Of a stretch of 64,000 nucleotides of DNA, positions 46,201-53,500 are shown piece by piece (position 1 is the stretch's first letter; every line of letters starts with the position of its first letter). Below the pieces are notes generated by a model. That model did not search any database. It was given only the letters and a program-made list of their open reading frames with translations, and had not been told where the DNA came from. The position numbers and the translations under genes are program-made. The stretch comes from Eledone cirrhosa (lineage: Eukaryota). Location of the stretch: the NCBI GenBank assembly GCA_964016885.1, contig OZ024741.1, forward strand, positions 410,564,001-410,628,000. The letters are read 5' to 3'.

Positions 46201-47426
46201 TTAGCAACCCCTACCTTTATTAATTAAATCACCAGCAACTACTCTCTCTAAGCAACCTCCACCTCTACTAATTAAAATCACCAGCAACTACTGTCTCTGA
46301 GCAACCTCCACCTCTACTAATTAAATCACCAGCAACTACTGTCTCTGAGGAACCTCTACTTCTGTAAATTAAATCACCAGCAACTACTGTCTCTGAGGAA
46401 CCTCTACTTCTGTAAATTAAATCACCAGCAACTACTGTCTCTAAGCAACCTCCACCTCTACTAATTAAAATCACCAGCAACTACTGTCGCTGAGCAACCT
46501 CCACCTCTACTAATTAAATCACCAGCAACTACTGTCTCTGAGCAACCTCTACTTCTGTAAATTAAATCAGCAGCAACTACTGTCTCTAAGCAACCTACAC
46601 CTCTTCTAACTAAATCACCAGCAACTACTGTCTTTGACCAACCTTTACTTCTGTAAATTAAATCACCAGCAACTACTGTCTCTAAGCAACCTCCATATCT
46701 TCTAATTAAATCACCAGCAACTACTGTCTCTAAGCAACCTCCACCTCTTCTAATTAAATCACCAGCAACTACTGTCTCTGAGCAACCTCTACTTCTGTAA
46801 ATTAAATCATCAGCAACTACTGTCACTGAGCAACCTCTACTTCTGTAAATTAAATCACCAGCAACTACTGTCTCTGAGCAATCTCTACTTCTGTAAATTA
46901 AATCACCAGCAACTACTGTCTCTGAGGAGCCTCTATTTCTGTAAATTAAATCACCAGCAACTACTGTCTCTAAGGAACCTCCACCTCTACTAATTAAATC
47001 ACCAGCAACTACTGTCTCTAAGCAGCCTCCACCTCTACTAATTACATCACCAGCAACCACTATCTCTAAGTAATCCCCACCTTTACTAATTAAATCACCA
47101 GTAACTACTGTCTCTAAGCAACCTCCACCTTTACTAATTAAATCACCAGCAACTACTGTCTCTAAGCAACCTCCACCTCTACTAATTAGTTCACCAAGGT
47201 AGAAGTTATCAAACACTTCTGTTGTCCTTCAGCAGGAGCGAGAGTCATGTTAGGAGTTGTTTTAGCAAAAATAATCAAGTCTCTTCAATAAAAATAAATA
47301 ATTTTATTCAGTTAAAGATTGTTAAATATTGAAATAAATTTACAATAAAATGTAGTGGTTGTTGTGGAGTCAGTAAAGAGATTTTCTGTAGATAACATTT
47401 AGAGTGTTCGTGTTAATAGCAGCATG

Positions 47427-47637
47427 TTAACCCTTTTCATACCAAACCATCTGGAACCAACCTTGCTTCTACAATACAAAACCTTTTCAAGTGTTTATAT
47501 TTATCTAAAAACCTTCCATCATAATTTTATGTAAGAACCTTTGTTATGTTTCAAACACCAATTTTTTATTATTTTCAAAATGAATTAAATAACTTAGACA
47601 GTGTCTTTCATTGGAAATATGGTAATGAAAGGGTTAA
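47427..47637. mobile_element. Non-autonomous piggyBac-like MITE (~203 bp) with TTAA TSD
   Basis: Left end TTAA|CCCTTTTCATACCA (47427); right end TGGTAATGAAAGGG|TTAA (ends 47637). The ends form imperfect terminal inverted repeats. CCC...GGG termini with TTAA flanks are established piggyBac-superfamily hallmarks. The interior is AT-rich and non-coding. Confidence 0.8.
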
Positions 47638-48079
47638 ACAACATAGACAGTGTCTTTCATTAGAAATATGGTAATGGAAGGGTTAAACAACATAGACAGT
47701 GTCTTTCATTAGAAATATGGTAATGGAAGGGTTAAACAACATAGACAGTGTCTTACATTAGAAATATGGTAATGGAAGGGTTAAACAACATAGACAGTGT
47801 CTTTCATTAGAAATATGGTAATGGAAGAGTTAAGCAACATAGACAGTGTCTTTCATTAGAAATATGGTAATGGAAGGGTTAAACAACATAGACAGTGTCT
47901 TACATTAGAAATATGGTAATGGAAGGGTTAAACAACATAGACAGTGTCTTACATTAGAAATATGGTAATGGAAGGGTTAAACAACATAGACAGTGTCTTT
48001 CATTAGAAATATGGTAATGGAAGGGTTAAACAACATAGACAGTGTATGTCATTAGAAATATGGTGATGAGAGGGTTGAA
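47592..48079. repeat. 49-bp minisatellite, 10 copies, derived from the right end of the MITE
   Basis: Unit ACATAGACAGTGTCTTTCATTAGAAATATGGTAATGGAAGGGTTAAACA starts at 47592, 47641, 47690, 47739 ... 48033. The first and last copies are the most diverged. Confidence 0.97.
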
Positions 48080-48675
48080 TCAATTGTGTGATAATATAAG
48101 ATCAACAGCTTCTGCTAAATCTTTGGCAAATCCATCAGGTTTTACGGTTGGGTGGTTCTTGTCTTTAGTCCTGCAACAACAATTGTAAATTCTTGGAATT
48201 AATTTTAAATTGAATTGAAATTTGATAATAAAAAGTTTTAAAATAATTCAAAGAAATTTTTTTAAGCTGTCGGAAATTGTTCCGTTTATTTCAAAATGTC
48301 CATAAAAAATGAAGATGGTGTTTGGAAAATAACTTAACAAAAAATATCCATTAACTTTTCATAATTAATTATATAAGGAAAAGAAAGGGTAAAGAAGGGC
48401 AGATATGGCTGCATGGGAAAGTAAAGGGAAGAACTATAAATAGCATAAATGAGAAGAAAAGGAGGGAAAGAGCAAGCATTATTAGGCCATGGAATAAAGA
48501 ACTCTTTTTAAATAATATATTTTTCTTAATTACTAAGATTTTAGACCTGATTCTTATGTGCCTATGACTCAAGAAATATCATGTTTTGTCCCAGCAGTTT
48601 AAGAGATATTGTGTCTATCATTCCCTTATTACCCTTCATCAACGGTGTAAGGAGTTCTAAATCTAAATGGATCTC

Positions 48676-48954
48676 TATCTTTAAATAACCAGATGAAAGA
48701 CCAAGGGGGCACCCCTTCTCTGTGCTCCTGAGGAAAAGGGTTGCACACTTTTTTTCGGGGGTGTGTGCGACCCCCCAAGGCTATTGGGGACTTTGTTATG
48801 AATTTTATTTTTTGTTATATTTTATTTTATTTTTATATATTGTTATTGCCTCCTCCTTATTGAGGACGCCTTGTTTTGTAAACTCCCCCCATTGTACTTG
48901 TCCCGCTTTTGATGCCCTGGTGGCAAATAAAAGAAACATATCTTTAAATAACCA
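48676..48954 (+). mobile_element. 5'-truncated non-LTR retroelement 3' end (247-bp insert, 48692-48938) with 16-bp TSD
   Basis: Perfect direct repeat TATCTTTAAATAACCA at 48676-48691 and 48939-48954. The insert has a GC hairpin (48738-48773), a T-rich tract, and AATAAA at 48926 followed by a short A-rich end just before the second repeat. Family not determined. Confidence 0.75.
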
Positions 48955-48973
48955 CCTAAAATGTTTTCTTCAA

Positions 48974-49057
48974 CTCAATGGCACCAGATATTGATTGATT
49001 CCTCAATGGCACCAGATATTGATTTATTCCCCGATGGCACTAGATATTGATGAATTC
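48974..49057. repeat. 28-bp tandem repeat, 3 copies, unrelated to the large 28-bp satellite
   Basis: CTCAATGGCACCAGATATTGATTGATTC at 48974, 49002 and (diverged) 49030. Confidence 0.9.
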
Positions 49058-49162
49058 CAACTGATCACCCACTTGGTTATTAGTGAAGAACAGGAGGCAG
49101 TTACCCCTCCATCAGGCATCTACCATACTCTGAACGCCTTGCTTCCCTCGGCATGGATACAT

Positions 49163-49797
49163 TGATTTAATTAGTAGAGGTGGGGATTGCTTAGAGACAG
49201 TAGTTGCTGGTGATTTAATTAGAAGAGGTGGAGATTGCTTAGAGACAGTAGTTGCTGGTGATTTAATTTACAGAAGTAGAGGTTGCTCAGAGACAGTAGT
49301 TGCTGGTGATTTAATTTACAGAAGTAGGGATTGCTCAGAGACAGTAGTTGCTGGTGATTTAATTTACAGAAGTAGGGATTGCTCAGTGACAGTAGTTGTT
49401 GCTGATTTAATTAGTAGACGTGGAGGTTGCTTAGAGACAGTAGATGCTGGTGATTTAATTTGAAAACGTGGAGGCTGCTTAAAGACAGTAGTTGCTGGTG
49501 ATTTAATTCACAGAAGTAGAGGTTGCTCAGAGACAGTAGTTGCTGGTGATTTAATTAGTAGAGTTAGAGGTTGCTTAGAGACAGTAGTTGCTGGTGATTT
49601 AATTGACAGAAGTAGAGGCTCCTCAGAGACTAGTTGCTGCTGATTTAATTTACAGAAGTAGAGGTTGCTCAGAGGCAGTAGTTGCTGGTGATTTAATTTA
49701 CAGAAGTAGAGGTTGCTCAGAGACAGTAGTTGCTGGTGATTTAATTAGAAGAGGTGTAGGTTGCTTAGAGACAGTAGTTGGTGGTGATTTAATTTAC
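49163..49797 (-). repeat. Inverted block of the 48-bp satellite, ~13 monomers
   Basis: The + strand reads GAGACAGTAGTTGCTGGTGATTTAATTTACAGAAGTAGAGGTTGCTCA, the reverse complement of the 1-47196 monomer. Both A and B variants are present. Confidence 0.98.
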
Positions 49798-49810
49798 TAA
49801 CTATATATCT

Positions 49811-50071
49811 AAAAAATTAGAAATAAGAGGGATCAGATGTTGTTTACTCGAGAGAAGGCTACGTTGGTATGGTCACGTGATGCGCATGAAAGACGACAGC
49901 TGTATAACAAAGTGCAGGGCAATAAAGATAGACGGTAGCCACGGAATAGGCAGACCCAGAAGGGACGAGCTGATAAATTCCGACCTCACACACTTACACC
50001 TCTCCAAGACAATGTCACTGGACCGAGAGCTTTGGCGGTACTCAGTAATAGAGAAGACCCGCGTTACCTAA
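49811..50071 (+). pseudogene. C-terminal remnant of an RTE-type LINE ORF (region downstream of the reverse transcriptase domain)
   Basis: My in-frame upstream extension of ORF 49877-50071 gives KKLEIRGIRCCLLERRLRWYGHVMRMKDDSCITKCRAIKIDGSHGIGRPRRDELINSDLTHLHLSKTMSLDRELWRYSVIEKTRVT*. The RLRWxGHVxRM, GRPR and DRxxWR motifs are characteristic of RTE ORF C-termini. The W normally following GRPR is missing, consistent with decay. Confidence 0.85.
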
Positions 50072-50240
50072 ATACAAAGTAAAACCTACTACAGTCAGTA
50101 GGCATCTCTAACAAAATACACCCCCGTCCCACCACCCCCACCCCATCCACACCGCCCCTTTCAATGTAAAGTTAGGTTGGTGCCACAAAATCCAGGCCGA
50201 AACATATGAGATCGTGTAGGTCTCACGACAAAAAAAACAC

Positions 50241-50469
50241 ACAGTCCACGCTGTAATGTGACCGTGTAGGCAACACGGTAAAAACGTCCCAGTCCCACAC
50301 TGTAAATGTGGTTGGTGTTAGGAAGGGCATCCAACTGTAGAAAACCTGCTAGACAGACCACGCTGTAATGTGGCCGTGTAGGCAACACGGTAAAAACCTC
50401 CCAGCCCCACACTGTAAATGTGGTTGGTGTTAGTAAGGGCATCCAACTGTAGAAAACCCGCCAGACAGT
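50241..50469 (+). repeat. ~112-bp tandem duplication in the RTE 3' UTR
   Basis: CCACGCTGTAATGTG...GTGGTTGGTGTTAG(G/T)AAGGGCATCCAACTGTAGAAAACC starts at 50246 and again at 50358, with a few substitutions. Confidence 0.93.
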
Positions 50470-50587
50470 CCTATGCGAGCAAGACAACCACTCAAGTGGG
50501 AAAACTCCAAGTGCCTCAAGTGGGAAAACTCCCATCCAAACCCATGCAAGCATGGAACACGGACGTTAAACGATGATGATGATGATG

Positions 50588-53500
50588 ATATCTGTGACAG
50601 TAGAGTGTATATACTATATCTGTGACAGTAGAGTGTATATACTATATCTGTGACAGTAGAGTGTATATACTATATCTGTGACAGTAGACTGTATATACTA
50701 TATATCTGAGACAGTAGAGTGTATATACTATATCTGTGACAGTAGAGTGTATATACTATATATCTGTGACAGTAGAGTGTATATACTATATCTGTGAGAC
50801 AGTAGAGTGTATATACTATATATCTGTGACAGTAGAGTGTATATACTATATCTGTGAGACAGTAGAGTGTATATACTATATATCTGTGACAGTAGAGTGT
50901 ATATACTATATCTGTGAGACAGTAGAGTGTATATACTATATATCTGTGACAGTAGAGTGTATATACTATATATCTGAGACAGTGGAGTGTATATACTATA
51001 TATCTGAGACAGTAGAGTGTATATACTATATCTGTGACAGTAGAGTGTATATACTATATCTATGAGACAGTAGAGTGTATATACTATATCTGTGACAGTA
51101 GAGTGTATATACTATATCTGTGACAGTAGAGTGTATATACTATATCTGTGACAGTAGAGTGTATATAATATATCTGTGACAGTAGAGTGTATATACTATA
51201 TATCTGAGACAGTAGAGTGTATATACTATATATCTGTGACAGTAGAGTGTATCTACTATATCTGTGACAGTAGAGTGTATATACTATATCTGTGAGACAG
51301 TAGAGTGTATATACTATATCTGTGACAGTAGAGTGTATATACTATATCTGTGACAGTAGAGTGTATATACTATATCTGTGAGACAGTAGAGTGTATATAC
51401 TATATCTGTGACAGTAGAGTGTATATACTATATCTGTGACAGTAGAGTGTATATACTATATATCTCAGACAGTAGAGTGTATATACTATATATCTGTGAC
51501 AGTAGAGTGTATATACTATATCTGTGAGACAGTAGAGTGTATATACTATATATCTGTGACAGTAGAGTGTATATACTATATCTGTCACAGTAGAGTGTAT
51601 ATACTATATATCTGTGACAGTAGAGTGTATATACTATATATCTGTGACAGTAGAGTGTATATACTATATCTATGAGACAGTAGAGTGTATATACTATATC
51701 TGTGACAGTAGAGTGTATATACTATATCTGTGAGACAGTAGAGTGTATATACTATATCTGTGACAGTAGAGTGTATATACTATATCTGTGACAGTAGAGT
51801 GTATATACTATATCTGTGAGACAGTAGAGTGTATATACTATATCTGTGACAGTAGAGTGTATATACTATATCTGTGACAGTAGAGTGTATATACTATATA
51901 TCTCAGACAGTAGAGTGTATATACTATATCTGTGACAGTAGAGTGTATATACTATATCTGTGACAGTAGAGTGTATATACTATATCTGTGAGACAGTAGA
52001 GTGTATATACTATATCTGTGACAGTAGAGTGTATATACTATATCTGTGTGACAGTAGAGTGTATATACTATATCTGTGACAGTAGAGTGTATATACTATA
52101 TCTGTGACAGTAGAGTGTATATACTATATCTGTGAGACAGTAGAGTGTATATACTATATCTGTGACAGTAGAGTGTATATACTATATCTGTGACAGTAGA
52201 GTGTATATACTATATATCTGAGACAGTAGAGTGTATATACTATATCTGTGACAGTAGAGTGTATATACTATATCTGTGTGACAGTAGAGTGTATATACTA
52301 TATCTGAGACAGTAGAGTGTATATACTATATATCTGAGATAGTAGAGTGTATATACTATATCTGTGACAGTAGAGTGTATATACTATATCTGTGACAGTA
52401 GAGTGTATATACTATATCTGTGACAGTAGAGTGTATCTACTATATCTGTGACAGTAGACTGTATATACTATATCTGTGACAGTAGAGTGTATATACTATA
52501 TCTGTGACAGTAGAGTGTATATACTATATCTATGACAGTAGAGTGTATATACTATATCTGTGACAGTAGAGTGTATATACTATATATGTGACAGTAGAGT
52601 GTATATACTATATCTGTGACAGTAGAGTGTATATACTATATCTGTGACAGTAGAGTGTATATACTATATATCTGTGACAGTAGAATGTATATACTATATC
52701 TGTGACAGTAGAGTGTATATACTATATCTGTGTGACAGTAGAGTGTATATACTATATCTGAGACAGTAGAGTGTATATACTGTATCTGAGACAGTAGAGG
52801 GTATATACTATATCTGAGACAGTAGAGTGTATATACTATATCTGTGACAGTAGAGTGTATATACTATATATCTGTGACAGTAGAGTGTATATACTATATC
52901 TGTGACAGTAGAGTGTATATACTATATCTGTGACAGTAGAGTGTATATACTATATATCTGTGACAGTAGAGTGTATATATTATATCTGTGACAGTAGAGT
53001 GTATATACTATATCTGTGAGACAGTAGAGTGTATATACTATATATCTGTGACAGTAGAGTGTATATACTATATCTGTGACAGTAGAGTGTATATACTATA
53101 TCTGTAAGACAGTAGAGTGTATATACTATATCTGTGACAGTAGAGTGTATATACTATATCTGTGAGACAGTAGAGTGTATATACTATATCTGTGACAGTA
53201 GAGTGTATATACTATATCTGTGAGACAGTAGAGTGTATATACTATATCTGTGACAGTAGAGTGTATATACTATATCTGTGTCAGTAGTGTGTATATACTA
53301 TATATCTGAGACAGTAGAGTGTATATACTATATCTGTGACAGTAGAGTGTATATACTATATCTGTGACAGTAGAGTGTATATACTATATATCTCAGATAG
53401 TAGAGTGTATATACTATATCTGTGACAGTAGAGTGTATATACTATATCTGTGACAGTAGAGTGTATATACTATATATCTGAGACAGTAGAGTGTATATAC

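Larger units (their letters stand above)
1..47196. repeat. 48-bp satellite array, ~980 monomers, open at the left edge of the window
   Basis: Continuous tandem units. Main variant A: AATTAAATCACCAGCAACTACTGTCTCTGAGCAACCTCTACTTCTGTA. Main variant B: AATTAAATCACCAGCAACTACTGTCTCTAAGCAACCTCCACCTCTACT. Both are 48 bp. The array ends at ...CTACTAATTAGTTCACCA (47196), followed by unique AT-rich sequence. The + strand is C-rich and G-poor. Confidence 0.99.
49811..50589 (+). mobile_element. 5'-truncated RTE-clade LINE (ORF C-terminus, 3' UTR and (GAT)6 tail)
   Basis: ORF remnant with RRLRWYGHVMRM...GRPRR, stop at 50071, ~500-bp 3' UTR, terminal stem CCATGC-AA-GCATGG (50542-50555), then GGACGTTAAAC and (GAT)6 at 50572-50589. 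Short tandem-repeat tails are typical of RTE-type LINEs. Candidate TSD ATATCT at 49805-49810 and 50588-50593. Confidence 0.88.

Noticed and set aside
898-46480. Dozens of ORFs encoding ETVVAGDLI..., SNLYFCKLNHQQLL... or KSPATTVS... repeats as real genes (LRR-like or mucin-like)
   Set aside because: They follow from a 48-bp (16-codon) period. They overlap on both strands, mostly start at GTG/TTG/CTG, and are broken by stops and frameshifts that are copied in the HORs.
1-47196. CRISPR-like array (constant 28 nt plus variable 20 nt)
   Set aside because: The variable parts are homologous, recurring alleles rather than unique spacers. No cas genes are present, and the context (LINE, MITE, satellites) is eukaryotic.
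48369-48994. Hydrophobic ORFs 48369-48572 (-) and 48722-48994 (+) as membrane proteins
   Set aside because: The hydrophobicity comes from T-rich low-complexity DNA. The second ORF crosses a TSD boundary, and neither has a recognisable motif.
50161-50553. 130-aa minus-strand ORF
   Set aside because: It is antisense to the RTE 3' UTR, and its internal repetition mirrors the DNA duplications.
1-50589. Diversity-generating retroelement, retron or other RT-coupled repeat system
   Set aside because: The only RT-related sequence is a ~86-aa C-terminal LINE remnant with no catalytic domain. There is no template/variable repeat pair with adenine-specific differences.
50736-51675. ORFs encoding TVECIYYIS / IVYTLYC repeats
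   Set aside because: These are chance runs of 30-bp monomers; the dominant 28-bp unit shifts the frame.
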